NCBI GenBank assembly: GCA_963701965.1
Contig: OY969695.1
Span: 1,696,001 to 1,760,000 of the forward strand
DNA: 64,000 nucleotides
Direction of reading: 5' to 3'
Source of the DNA: an uncultured Gemmatimonadales bacterium
GTDB taxonomy: Bacteria > Gemmatimonadota > Gemmatimonadetes > Gemmatimonadales > Gemmatimonadaceae
Program-made: the position numbers and the translations under genes
In this document: in pieces, positions 37,708-48,062 of the stretch
Layout: each line of letters opens with the position of its first letter
How positions within the stretch are numbered: the first letter of the stretch is position 1
The notes under the pieces: model-generated
What the model saw: the letters and a program-made list of their open reading frames with translations, nothing else
Database searches by the model: none
What the model was told of the DNA's origin: nothing

Positions 37708-39203
37708 TGTGCGCCCGTGCGCGTCGCGGTGGCGGTGGACTTGGGCGCAGTCTTGGGCACGCCTTCGGGGCCGTTCGCCCAATCCTGAGCGGTAGAGACG
37801 TTGGGCATGCCCCAGTTATGGCCGTTCCATCCGTCGAACCCATCCATGTGCAGCGCCCAGAACCCCGTCGGTGATGTCGCTGATCACGATCAGGCCGTCC
37901 TCGTTTCTGACCGCGATGCCCCAAGCGCCATTGAGCACGGTGCCCGTGCCGTGCCGCAGGCTGATCTCGGCGGTGTCCGGTCGGCCGGCTTGGCTGACCC
38001 CCGCCTCGGTCGGACCATCGTACGTCTTGTAGTACCCCACCGTCATCGGGCGCGTCGGATCCAGCATGTTGAAGATCTGCAGACCATCTTCGTAGGCCGA
38101 CACGAACACGTACGGCCACCGCACCTCGTGATTGTGCGGGAGATGCTTCCAGTTCGCGGTCCAGGCGCCGATCGGGTGCGTGATCGTGGGGACGGTGCCG
38201 TCCAAGCCGGGTCGCAGATCGAAGATGCGCAGCGGCGCGTACTGATACTCGGTCTCGGTGACCACGTAGCGGCCGTCGGGCGTCGGCGTGACCGTGTGCC
38301 CGCGGCCGAACGGCGAGAATATGGCGCCCGGAAGCGGCGTGATCGACGTGAGCAACTTCGGCGTCTCCGGCTTCGAGACATCGAACACGAAATAGCCGCC
38401 GGGCTGCGCGCCGCCATAGAACTTGTCTTGGTGCGTCGCGGGATCGTATTGGACGACGAAGTCGTGATAGCGGCCCGTCGCTCCCGGCACCGGCACGTGG
38501 CTAATGAATCCCTTGTCCGGCGCGCCCGCGAGAAACTTCCCGAGATCGAAGATGCTGGCGTACGTTCCGGTCAGCGTCGTGGTGAAGAGCAGCGTACGAC
38601 CGTCGGAGTGCCGGTACGGGAAGACGTTATGGAAGCCGCCGGGCAGCGAGCAGCCGGCCATGCCGCCGCACTGAGGATCGGAGCCTTTCGTGACCGCCGA
38701 GTTTGGGGCGGTAATCCGGCCGACCTCTTTAATAGTGGATGTGTCGGGCAGTCCGGTGACGTCGAAGATGATGGCGCCCAGGTCGGCATCCGGTGACCCC
38801 TGCGCGAACTGGAATCCCTGAACGTAGTAGTACCGTCCATGGTACTTGAACGTCTTGCCTTCCATCCCGCCGAAGCCCTGGTGCAGCTCGGGATCCGAAT
38901 GTGATAGTTGTACAGCACTTTCGCGTGCGCGGGATCCTTCACGCTGATGAGCGTGAATCCGGCCGGTGTGTGCGGGTCCAGCATCCGCGAGACATACACG
39001 TACGGTCGGCTCAGCTCCTGCTCCATGGCGATCCCGGAGATCGTCTGCGACCGGCCGAGGGGAATGTGCGACATCAAGTGCACGTTCGGCGTGTTCGGCA
39101 CGAACAACGGGCTGCCACTGTCGGCATCAAACGCGTGTTGCGCGTCGACGCGACCGGCGACGACGAACGCAATGAGCAGTGCGATGCGAGCGGCGCGTGG
39201 CAT
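37704..39203 (-). CDS. Secreted LVIVD-type beta-propeller protein (paralog 2); indels at ~38895 and ~37878
   Basis: Clear paralog of 34176..35564, spread over ORFs 38571..39257, 37816..38865 and 37231..37782-adjacent frames. Confidence 0.75.
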
Positions 39204-40570
39204 CACTGACCAGCCACCGGCTGGCATCCGGGCGGCGCGGGGTTCCGTGGAAGACACTCGGCCTGTGGGATCGGAAAGTGGGAGATGATCTTGAAGTTCG
39301 GGAGATCGCGCGGGAGTTGTAACAGCTTACCGTATCTCCGCCAATCGATCAATCGGTGCCCGCCCTCCCAGAACAGCGAGTACCGCTTCTCGTAGAGCAA
39401 TTCGTCCAGCAGGTTCCCGGTGAACGACCCGTCGAGTGGCGCCAGGCCGCCATCCTGCACCCGGATCACGTTGATGTCCGTCATCGCGGCAGCCGCGTGT
39501 CCGAGCCCAATGTTTGCTTCGGCACGGAGCAGGATCAGCTCCGCGTTCCGCACGATGGGGATTGGCGCCGTCGGACTGCCATACACGATGATCGACAGAT
39601 TGGAGGTGACACCCTCCAGCGTCCGCGGCGTGACGACCTTGACCTTGGCGGCGACCCGGAGATCGGGCGTCCCGTCCGCGCGGGACTGCGCGTCGGTCAC
39701 GAACGAGGGGTGGGCGTAGTACTGGGTGGCCGAGGGATCGAACAGGGGGTTGAGGGCGTCACCGGAGTTCGTGCTGTACACATGGTATGCGCCGAGGGTG
39801 AGCGGCGCGCTCGTCGAGACGAACGACGCCGCCAACGCGGTCAGCGCACCGGCGTAGTCGAGCTGATAAATGGCGACGCGCGCCCGGAGACCGCGATTGA
39901 CCTGCCGGAACGTGGCCGGTGTATCGAAACCGGCGAAGCCGGTGGTCAACGCGAACGGGAAGGCGGCGCCACCGGTCGCCAGCTTTGCGTCCGCATCATC
40001 GAGGAGTTTGGCGATACTGTCGAGCGCCTGGGGCGCGGTCTTGATGGGCGCCGGGGTGCCGGCCGGATCGCCATCCACCGCCATCGGGATGCCGGCCGAG
40101 TCACGCGCGTTCAGCACCTGCAGGAAGTCGTTGGCCTGGATCGTCTCGGCGAACCCCCGCGTGGCGTCCTTCTGCACATCGGTAAATCCCGGCACCTTCG
40201 CGACCGCGGCCAGCAGCAGGTTCGCCGAACGGATGTTCTTGTACGGGTTGCGCCACAGAAAGATGTCGCCGCCCAGACTGCCCGGGTCGATCGGCCCTAT
40301 GAGCAGCTCGCTGATGAATCGCGGCTCGTTGTTGCAGAGACAGTAGCCTTCGCGACCCAGCGTGCCGTCCATGAAAATGAAATTCGGCATCTCGGTCCGC
40401 GTCCCGAAGAGCAGACCCTGGGCGAGCGCTTTCACGGACGCGACGTTGGGCGCGCCGGTGACCGACTGTAGCGTGCTGTTGTTGAGATCGGGATTCGTGG
40501 GGTTCGTGCATCCGACCGCGACGGTCGCGAGCACCACCCACCGCCATGCGCCGACGTGATGTCTGGTCAT
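39203..40570 (-). CDS. SusD/RagB-family outer-membrane lipoprotein
   Basis: Lipobox AVG-C; IVRNAELILLRAEA, INVIR, LLYEKRYSLFWEGGHRLIDWRR. Confidence 0.9.
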   Translation of the reverse strand: MTRHHVGAWRWVVLATVAVGCTNPTNPDLNNSTLQSVTGAPNVASVKALAQGLLFGTRTEMPNFIFMDGTLGREGYCLCNNEPRFISELLIGPIDPGSLGGDIFLWRNPYKNIRSANLLLAAVAKVPGFTDVQKDATRGFAETIQANDFLQVLNARDSAGIPMAVDGDPAGTPAPIKTAPQALDSIAKLLDDADAKLATGGAAFPFALTTGFAGFDTPATFRQVNRGLRARVAIYQLDYAGALTALAASFVSTSAPLTLGAYHVYSTNSGDALNPLFDPSATQYYAHPSFVTDAQSRADGTPDLRVAAKVKVVTPRTLEGVTSNLSIIVYGSPTAPIPIVRNAELILLRAEANIGLGHAAAAMTDINVIRVQDGGLAPLDGSFTGNLLDELLYEKRYSLFWEGGHRLIDWRRYGKLLQLPRDLPNFKIISHFPIPQAECLPRNPAPPGCQPVAGQ

Positions 40571-40571
40571 G

Positions 40572-43500
40572 CTAGAACCCCGCGCTGATGCCGAGCCAGA
40601 AACTGCGGCTCGCCGGGAAGGCGAAAAGCTCGAAGTTCCGCGCGATCGGCTGGTTGCCAAAATGACTCACTTCCGGGTCCGTCCCGTCGTAGTGCGTGAA
40701 CGTCACGAGATTGCGGCCGCTGAACGTGAGCGCCATGTGGTGCGAGCCGCCGCCAATCCGGCTGAGCCACGCACTGGGCAGATCGAAGGTCACGTTGACC
40801 TCCCGCAGCTTCACGTAGGACGCGTCCTCGATGTAGGTGTTGGTGTGTCCCGGGAACTGCGAGAGCCGGTAGGCGCCCCGGTCCCACGTCACACCGTTCA
40901 CCACGATCTTGTCGGCATAATCGCGCGTAGTCTGCGCTTGATCGTACGTCAGCTTGGTGAAATTGATGTCGTCGCCGCCGTCCTTCCAACTGAACAGAAA
41001 TCCGAGGTGGAGCTTCCGGTACCGGAAGGTGTTCTGCAGGGACATGATGGCGCGCGGATTGAAGTCGCCCACCTGACCCACCACCACTTGGCCGTTCGGC
41101 AACGTCAGGTTGCCGACGATCTGCGTCGCCGACTTCCCCTGCTGGATCTCGTTCGTGCCGACGTCGGTGCCAAATCCCAGACCGACGAACGCCGGCACCG
41201 GGAGGTTCTCGATCACGCTGGCGTCATGGTACACCGACGCCGTGGCCGTCCAGTCGAAGTTGCGACCGGTGAATGGCGCCACCGTCAGGCCGACCTCGAT
41301 CCCGCGGTCGCGGAGCTGACCGCCGTTGAAGAACTGGGTCAGGAACCCGCTCGACGGGGACAGCGTACGCTGGAGGAGCAGATCGGTGATGTCCTTCTGA
41401 TAGAGCGTGAACTCGAGCGTCGCTTTCCCGCGGAACAGTTGGGCGTCGAATCCGGTCTCGATCTCCCGCTGGCGCTCGGGCTGGAGATTGGGCGCCAATG
41501 TGCTCGTGGTCGGCGCCAGACCCGGCAAGGCCTGGATATTCTCCGCGGCCAATAGCGTGAACTTCTGGCCAAAAAGCGGCCGATTGCCGGACTCGCCGTA
41601 GGCGGCGCGCAGCTTGAGCTCGTCAATGACGCCAGGAAGCACTGGGAAACGGTATGACGCCGCGGCCTTCGGGAAAAAGTAGAAGTGATTGAGCGCCGAA
41701 TTGGCGGTGCTCCGATCCACGCGGGCGCCGATCGTGAGGAGCAGGCGGTCGGACAGAGTCAGGAACTCCTCCTGGCCGAACAACCCCAGGTCTTGGATGT
41801 TCTCGTCATCCTCCGCCACCTGCACGACCGTCCCCGTCCCGACGTTGGGCAAGCCGCCGATCAGATTCTGGGCCAGGGTGCGCCCCACGTTGAGCGACGA
41901 GGCCTCGTCTTGAAATCCCAGCGTCGTCGTCATGCCGAACGCGCCGCTGCCCGGCTTGAACGAATGGATCGCGTAGGCGCCAACGTTGGCGTTGATATTG
42001 TTGCTCTTGGACAACGCCTTGAACCCCGGGAGCGCGCCGCTGGCCTCGAACTGCAGCTCGGGCGGCGCGAAGACGTCATTGGTCTGATTGAAGAAGTCGA
42101 CGCCGCCCGTTCCCACGATCTTCACGGACTGCGTCGCGGTCTCGAGCAGGGTCCAGTCCGCGGTCAGCGAGGCGACGTCGCGCCACACCTCCTCTTCATT
42201 GTGGAGGAGGGCGGCCGTCTGCACGGGATTGCTCGGCGCGAACGGATTGGTCGGATAGGCGCCGTTCTTCGGCGACAAGTCGAAGAAGCTGGGCGTGAAG
42301 GGAAGCACGGCATAAAAGACAGCGCCAATGTTGTCGTTGTTGCTCAGGCCGCGACCCGTGTTCGAGTGGATCAGTTGGTTGCCGCCCGACAAATGCAGCC
42401 GCGTGCCGACCTCGTGATCCAGATTGAGCCGGACGGAGGATTTGTTGTAGAACGTGTTCTGGATGATGCCGGGGTCGCGGTTCACCATGCCCGAGGCATA
42501 GAACTGCGTGTTGTCCGTGCCTCCGCTCACGCTCAGCATCGTCTCCGACGACAGCGGCTTCCGGCCGGCCAGCGCGCTCTCGTTGTCGAACACGGCGCCG
42601 GGGTGAAAGTACTGGGCGGCGATCGGCCCGAATGCCGAATCGGCTTCTTGCACGTTGGCGAACGTGCGCGAGCCCAGCTCGCGCGAGATCTCCGAGATCC
42701 CGAAGTTCTGCTGCACGTCGTAGCGCGCGGCCCCCGCCTTGCCCCGCTTCGTCGTGATGACGATCACGCCGTTCGATGCCTTGGAGCCGTACACGGCCGC
42801 CGCCGACGCGCCCTTCAGCACCTCGATATTTTCGATGTCCGCCGGATCGATGTCGGCAATGCGATTGGTCGGGTTGTCCTCGTTGCCCGCAATACCCTGC
42901 CGCGGCGACGCCAGTGTCAGCAGATTCGTCGCCGGCTCGATCGAGGCGTCGCTGACGATGACCCCGTCCACGACGTAGAGCGGCGTAGCCGAGCCGATGA
43001 CGGACGTGATGCCGCGCAGGCGGATCTGCATGCCGCCCCCGGGAGCCCCGGTATTCGACGAGATGTCGGCGCCCGTGACCTTGCCTTGCAGTGCCAGATC
43101 GACGCTCTGGGCCGGCGCCTGATTCAACTCGTCGCTATTGACGGTGGCCACGGCGTTGGCGGCGTTGCGGCGCGCCACGGTGGTCGCCTGGCTGGTGACG
43201 ACGACTTCGTTCAGGTGCAGGACGTCGCGCACCAGCCGGATCTCGATCGTGGTCTGCGCGGCATCAATGGCGATCTCACGGGCCAGGTACCCGATGAGTC
43301 GGGACTGGATCGTGAAGGCGCCGCTGGGCGCCCGCAGCACGAAGCTCCCGTCGGCCTTGGTGTGGGCGCCGAACGTCGTGCCTTTGACCACCACGTCCGC
43401 CGACTGTAAGGGTTCGCCCGACGCATCGTCGAGCACGTGCCCGGTCAGCGTGCGCTCCTGCGCTTCGCGCATGGGCACCGGCGGCTCGGCGCGCGGGGCG

Positions 43501-43898
43501 CGCATGATGAGCACGTGCTGGTCCACGGCCCGATACAGCAATGCCGTCCCCGCCAGCATGGTATCCAGCGCCTCGGCCACCGTCGCCCGGTCGCAATGAC
43601 AGCGCACCTCGAGCCGCGACGGCAAGGCGCTGGGACTGAAATCGAGTTGCACGCCGGACGTCGCCGTGAGCTGCCGCAGCGCCGCCTCGAGCAACACATT
43701 GTCCACGACCAGTCGCGCGGGCGCCGCCAGCACCGTCGCGTTTCGCCCCTGGCGATCGTCGGCGCCGGGTACGGGCCGGGCGGCCAGGGAGATCTCGCGG
43801 ACCGACTGGGCGCCAACCACGTTTCCGGGCGCGGCGGCGAACACGATCCCCCACACCACGCTCAGACACAATCGACGTGACACGGTAAGCACTCTCAT
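40572..43898 (-). CDS. SusC/RagA-family TonB-dependent receptor with N-terminal STN signalling domain
   Basis: STN-like N-domain, CarboxypepD-like domain, PLYVVDG, IENIEVLKGASAAAVYGSKASNGVIVITTKRG, LKLRAAYG, EDASYVKLRE, C-terminal Phe. Confidence 0.95.
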   Translation of the reverse strand: MRVLTVSRRLCLSVVWGIVFAAAPGNVVGAQSVREISLAARPVPGADDRQGRNATVLAAPARLVVDNVLLEAALRQLTATSGVQLDFSPSALPSRLEVRCHCDRATVAEALDTMLAGTALLYRAVDQHVLIMRAPRAEPPVPMREAQERTLTGHVLDDASGEPLQSADVVVKGTTFGAHTKADGSFVLRAPSGAFTIQSRLIGYLAREIAIDAAQTTIEIRLVRDVLHLNEVVVTSQATTVARRNAANAVATVNSDELNQAPAQSVDLALQGKVTGADISSNTGAPGGGMQIRLRGITSVIGSATPLYVVDGVIVSDASIEPATNLLTLASPRQGIAGNEDNPTNRIADIDPADIENIEVLKGASAAAVYGSKASNGVIVITTKRGKAGAARYDVQQNFGISEISRELGSRTFANVQEADSAFGPIAAQYFHPGAVFDNESALAGRKPLSSETMLSVSGGTDNTQFYASGMVNRDPGIIQNTFYNKSSVRLNLDHEVGTRLHLSGGNQLIHSNTGRGLSNNDNIGAVFYAVLPFTPSFFDLSPKNGAYPTNPFAPSNPVQTAALLHNEEEVWRDVASLTADWTLLETATQSVKIVGTGGVDFFNQTNDVFAPPELQFEASGALPGFKALSKSNNINANVGAYAIHSFKPGSGAFGMTTTLGFQDEASSLNVGRTLAQNLIGGLPNVGTGTVVQVAEDDENIQDLGLFGQEEFLTLSDRLLLTIGARVDRSTANSALNHFYFFPKAAASYRFPVLPGVIDELKLRAAYGESGNRPLFGQKFTLLAAENIQALPGLAPTTSTLAPNLQPERQREIETGFDAQLFRGKATLEFTLYQKDITDLLLQRTLSPSSGFLTQFFNGGQLRDRGIEVGLTVAPFTGRNFDWTATASVYHDASVIENLPVPAFVGLGFGTDVGTNEIQQGKSATQIVGNLTLPNGQVVVGQVGDFNPRAIMSLQNTFRYRKLHLGFLFSWKDGGDDINFTKLTYDQAQTTRDYADKIVVNGVTWDRGAYRLSQFPGHTNTYIEDASYVKLREVNVTFDLPSAWLSRIGGGSHHMALTFSGRNLVTFTHYDGTDPEVSHFGNQPIARNFELFAFPASRSFWLGISAGF

Positions 43899-44872
43899 TG
43901 AGGTGAGATCACGACTCCCGCCGGACCCATCGTGCACTTGACGTCGGCCACGGCGCAGATGGAGCTCAAGACACCGGGCAGACTCCAGCCGGTGAAGGAC
44001 GCCGTCACCGTGCGTTGCGCGAGCTTGGGCGTGGACAGCGTGACGCGAACGTGATAGTGGCGGGTCAACTCCTGCGCGACTTCGTCCAAGGGCGTGGCCT
44101 CGAACGACACGAGATCGCCGACCCAGGCATCGATCCGGCCAAAAGCATCGGGGACGGCCGCGACCCGCGGCGCAGCGCCCGGCGTGACATCGCCGACCTG
44201 GCCGGCCCGGACGAGCGCGCGCTGCGCTCCCGCGATGGCGGCGACGGTCCCCTGCAACACCAAGGCGTGCATCGACCGGCCGTCGGTTTCGACCGCGAAA
44301 CGCGTCCCGGTCACTTCCACGTCGCCGGCGGCCGTCCGCACCCGGAAGGTCGCGCCGTCCCGGTGCGTCACCGAGAAGTAGGCGCGCCCATCGAGATGCA
44401 CGATCCGCGTGGCGAAATCGCGAGCGACGCGCATCGTGCTCGTCGGCCCCAGACGCACGATGGTCCCGTCGTCGAGCGTCACGGTCGCCAGCTCCGTGGG
44501 GCCGGTGCGAAACTCCCGGCCCATTGCCTCGATCGCGCGCGACGGGCCACGCCATCGATACACGCCGAACCCGACCAGCGTAATCGCCGCCGCCACGCCG
44601 GCCCACGGGAGCACCGCGCGGAATTGTCGAAGACGCGCCCGGCGCTTGGCCCTGGCCGCGCGCGCGAGGATCACGCCGGCGGTGGGAATCGCATCGCGGT
44701 CGGCCTCGATCCGCGTCGTGCCCGTCAGCTGCCAGGTGCGTTCCAACTCCCGGCAGTACTGCTGGCGCTCGGGCGACGCGCGCCGCCACTCGCGGAGCGC
44801 TTCGAGCTCCTCCGGCGTGGCGGAGCCCTGCAGCCACCGCATGATCAGTTCATCGATTCCGTCGACGGGCAT
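43895..44872 (-). CDS. FecR-family anti-sigma/transmembrane sensor
   Basis: N-terminal helix (LREWRRASP), one TM, TLDDGTIVRLGPTS, GRAYFSV, VTGTRFAV, FEATPLDEV. Confidence 0.92.
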   Translation of the reverse strand: MPVDGIDELIMRWLQGSATPEELEALREWRRASPERQQYCRELERTWQLTGTTRIEADRDAIPTAGVILARAARAKRRARLRQFRAVLPWAGVAAAITLVGFGVYRWRGPSRAIEAMGREFRTGPTELATVTLDDGTIVRLGPTSTMRVARDFATRIVHLDGRAYFSVTHRDGATFRVRTAAGDVEVTGTRFAVETDGRSMHALVLQGTVAAIAGAQRALVRAGQVGDVTPGAAPRVAAVPDAFGRIDAWVGDLVSFEATPLDEVAQELTRHYHVRVTLSTPKLAQRTVTASFTGWSLPGVLSSICAVADVKCTMGPAGVVISPQ

Positions 44873-44914
44873 GCGGGGATGACACGCCAGCCGACCGGGG
44901 CTACTATCGCGCTC

Positions 44915-45539
44915 TTATCCGGATCCCGTGCGGACGCGGCCAGGACGCACCGCGATCCGGGACACCGAGACGTCGCGCAAGGGGCGCAGCGCGTCGCGGA
45001 GACGCACGAGCGCCGACGTCATCTCGGTTGGCCACCGTCTGCGGCGATGTTCCGAGAATCTTGGCGATCTCGTAATGCGTGAGCCCCTCGTACCGCGCCA
45101 TGACGAAGACCGTCCGTTGCCGGGGCGGCAACGCCGCGATGGCCCGATCGATGGCCTGCTCCAACCCGCGCGTCTCCAACACTTCATCCGGAGGGGACAC
45201 GATGACTTCGTCCGAACGGATGGAGCGGATCTGCCGATCCCGCGCCGCCTGGTTGCGCACATTGTTCAGCGCCAGGTTCCTGGCCACGCGGTGCAGAAAC
45301 GCGGGCGCCGAGGCACCCGGCATGAGCCGCGTGCGCCACTCCCACAGCTGCACGAACGCTTCCTGGGCGATGTCCTCGGCCCCATCGGGACAGCCCGCGA
45401 CGTGGGTCGCGAAACGGACGATGCGCGGCCAATAGCGTCGGAGCATCTCGTCGAGGGCACTGACCCGCCCCGCGGCGAGCGAAGCCGTCAGCTCGCCGTC
45501 GCCCAGCTCAGTTTCTTTGGGCGCTCTTCTTGACCACAT
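44915..45539 (-). CDS. ECF RNA polymerase sigma-70 factor; +1 indel at ~45025
   Basis: Region 2 AEDIAQEAFVQLW...ARNLALN; region 4 LPPRQRTVF...GLTHYEIAKILGTSPQTVAN. Continues as (Q)MTSALVRLR in the next frame. Confidence 0.9.
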
Positions 45540-45601
45540 CGCAACGCATCCTCAATGGCGCGACTCCATATAGCGAATTGTCGGTCGCGACGCAATGTCC
45601 C

Positions 45602-47065
45602 TTATCGGATGCCGACGACGCCTCGAACCGCTTGAATGAGCTTGGCCGAGTCGTAGCCGATGCCGTCCTTGAACACGATTTCGGCGTTCTCAATGTCGTC
45701 GATCCGCGCCGAGGGATCACCCCGGATCACGACGATATCGGCCTGCCGTCCCGATGCGATCGTCCCGAAGTGGTCGGACTGACCGAGGAACTGCGCGCCA
45801 TTTGCCGTCGCGATCTTGATCGCTTCGACCGGCGTGAAGCCCGCCTCGACCAACAGTTCGATGCCGCGCTGATCGCCGAAACCGGCCAAGGCGCCGCCAA
45901 TGCCGGTCGGATCGGGACCACTCAGCAACAATCCTCCCGCGCGCACGAACGCCAGTTCAAACGCCATTTCCTTCGCCAGCAGTGTCCCCCAGGGCAGCGG
46001 TTGCCCTTTGAACAACGGGGCGCCGCGCGCGCGCATGGTGAGATAGCTGACCCGCGACTCCGGCGACATGGCGTCCAGCACGCGGCGCTGCAGTGGCGGG
46101 CGATTGGGGACGAACAACTCGAAGACGGGCAGCGTCGAGGTGATCGCGACGTGATGGCTGACGAGGTCGCGGATCAGGTCCTGCACCGGCGGACTCGTGA
46201 GATCCATCGCCTTCCAACTGTCCATGATGGCCGGACCGCCCGGACAATCGTCCGGCTGTTTACCGGCCACGAACTCGGCGTCAGTCGAGACGGGCCCGTG
46301 CTCGAAATCATCGATGCCGAGGGCGATGGCTTCGCGATAGCTGACGGAACACAGATGGCCGGTGACGGTCAGTCCGCGATGGTGGGCCTCCGTGATGGCG
46401 GCGCCCAGCTCGGCCCGGGTGATGTGCATATAGGCCTTGAACGACGTCGCGCCGAGATCGGCCCAGAAGTCCACCATCTTGCGCGCATCGTCGGGGCTGG
46501 TCAGCTCGTGCATTTGCGGGAACGCGGTCCCCTTCCCTTCGAGATACGGAGAACTGATGTACATCCTGGGACCGGGCGCGCGGCCGTCGTCGATCTGGGC
46601 CTTGAGATTGAGATCGGTGTACGGCTCCATGCTGCCCGTCGTGCGGATGGTCGTGACGCCGGACCCCAGATAGAGCCGCGGAAACGAGAAGGCCTCCTCG
46701 CCCGCGAGCTGTCCCGGAGGGGCGGAACGCCCGGTGCTGTCGCGATCGAGGGATGACGTATAGAACATGTGATCGTGCATCCCCACGATCCCCGGGATCA
46801 CGCTATACCCGTGAAGGTCGAGCACCTGCGCATCGGCCGGCACGGGAAGTCCCGCGGGTCCCAGCGCGGCGATCTTGCCCTTGGCGACGAGCACGGTCTG
46901 ATCATCACGCGGCGCCGCACCGGTCCCGTCGATGACGCGCACGTGCGTGAGGGCGACGACGGGAGCGTCGACGCGCACGAACTGGCGGACGTCGGGCGTG
47001 AGAGTCTGCGCGCCGACGCACAGAGGAAGGCATGACGCGGCGCCGAGAAGAATTGGGATGCGCAT
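45602..47065 (-). CDS. Secreted amidohydrolase-family protein
   Basis: VIPGIVGMHDH (HxH), GVTTIRTTG, VTGHL, FEHG, ATANGA, GRQADIV. Confidence 0.9.
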   Translation of the reverse strand: MRIPILLGAASCLPLCVGAQTLTPDVRQFVRVDAPVVALTHVRVIDGTGAAPRDDQTVLVAKGKIAALGPAGLPVPADAQVLDLHGYSVIPGIVGMHDHMFYTSSLDRDSTGRSAPPGQLAGEEAFSFPRLYLGSGVTTIRTTGSMEPYTDLNLKAQIDDGRAPGPRMYISSPYLEGKGTAFPQMHELTSPDDARKMVDFWADLGATSFKAYMHITRAELGAAITEAHHRGLTVTGHLCSVSYREAIALGIDDFEHGPVSTDAEFVAGKQPDDCPGGPAIMDSWKAMDLTSPPVQDLIRDLVSHHVAITSTLPVFELFVPNRPPLQRRVLDAMSPESRVSYLTMRARGAPLFKGQPLPWGTLLAKEMAFELAFVRAGGLLLSGPDPTGIGGALAGFGDQRGIELLVEAGFTPVEAIKIATANGAQFLGQSDHFGTIASGRQADIVVIRGDPSARIDDIENAEIVFKDGIGYDSAKLIQAVRGVVGIR

Positions 47066-47125
47066 AGGTCGACGAACATATCATCACCTATCGTTGCGCG
47101 CCATCAGGACACATACTATGCGCCC

Positions 47126-47998
47126 ATGCGACGACTCTTCGTGCTCTTCGGATTCCTCATCCCGGCGCTCGCGCGTGCGCAGGGTCAGTACGCCGACATC
47201 AACGGCGCGCACATCTACTATGAAGTCGAGGGCACAGGCCATCCGTTGGTCCTGATTCACGGCTGGCCGATGAGCGCGCGGATGTGGGAGAACCAAGTAC
47301 GCGTGCTCAAAGACTACTATCGGGTGATTACCTACGATCGCCGGGGGTTCGGCCGGTCGCCCGGCACGCCGTGGAACGAGTCGCAGGCCGAGCACGACCC
47401 CGCCGACCTGGCCGCGCTGCTCCGCTATCTGCACGTGTCGAGCGCGTACATCCTCGGCCATTCCCAAGGCGGCTCGGTGGCCACGCAGTTCGCGCTGGAT
47501 CATCCGGAGCAAGTAGACGCGCTCATTCTCCATGGCGCCGGCCTCGATGGATTCGTGCTGCCGGAGACCGGCCCCTTCGCGGGACCGAACTCGGTGCGCA
47601 CGCTGATCCAAACCAAAGGCATGGACGAGTTTCGCCGACAGTGGCTCGCGCATCCGATCAATCGCGTTCCCGAAGACAAACCCGCCGTCCGCGCGCTGAT
47701 CGCCGACATCGTCGGCCAATACTCGGCCGCCGATGTGCTACAGCAACCCACGGCCCCGCCCAAACCGCACACCAGCGCGATCGAGCGGCTGCACGAGCTC
47801 AAGATGCCAACCCTCGTACTCGTGGGCGGGCTCGATCTGCCGTTCTTCCAGATCACCGCCGAGGCCCTGGAGTTCGAGATCCCCGGCGCGCAGCGCGTGG
47901 TCGTCCGCGGCGGCGCCCATCTCGTCAACATGGTCGAGCCGGAGCTCTACAACGCGGAAGTCCTCCGTTTTCTGCGGAGTGTCGACCGGTCGCACTAG
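47126..47998 (+). CDS. Alpha/beta hydrolase with signal peptide
   Basis: LIHGW, YDRRGFGRS, GHSQGG nucleophile, GAHLVN. Confidence 0.9.
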   Translation: MRRLFVLFGFLIPALARAQGQYADINGAHIYYEVEGTGHPLVLIHGWPMSARMWENQVRVLKDYYRVITYDRRGFGRSPGTPWNESQAEHDPADLAALLRYLHVSSAYILGHSQGGSVATQFALDHPEQVDALILHGAGLDGFVLPETGPFAGPNSVRTLIQTKGMDEFRRQWLAHPINRVPEDKPAVRALIADIVGQYSAADVLQQPTAPPKPHTSAIERLHELKMPTLVLVGGLDLPFFQITAEALEFEIPGAQRVVVRGGAHLVNMVEPELYNAEVLRFLRSVDRSH

Positions 47999-48062
47999 TA
48001 GTGCGCGGCGGTTCGCGTGTTCCTAAAGACAGGATTCTTGGGCTTCAACTCGGGGAGAAGAC

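Noticed and set aside
34176..39203. Long similar DNA segments as a possible mobile-element repeat or assembly duplication
   Set aside because: They are diverged coding paralogs with many synonymous differences and distinct insertions.
43899..44837. Apparent 1421-aa SusC with extra N-terminus
   Set aside because: The extension overlaps fecR in another frame; the signal peptide starts at 43898.
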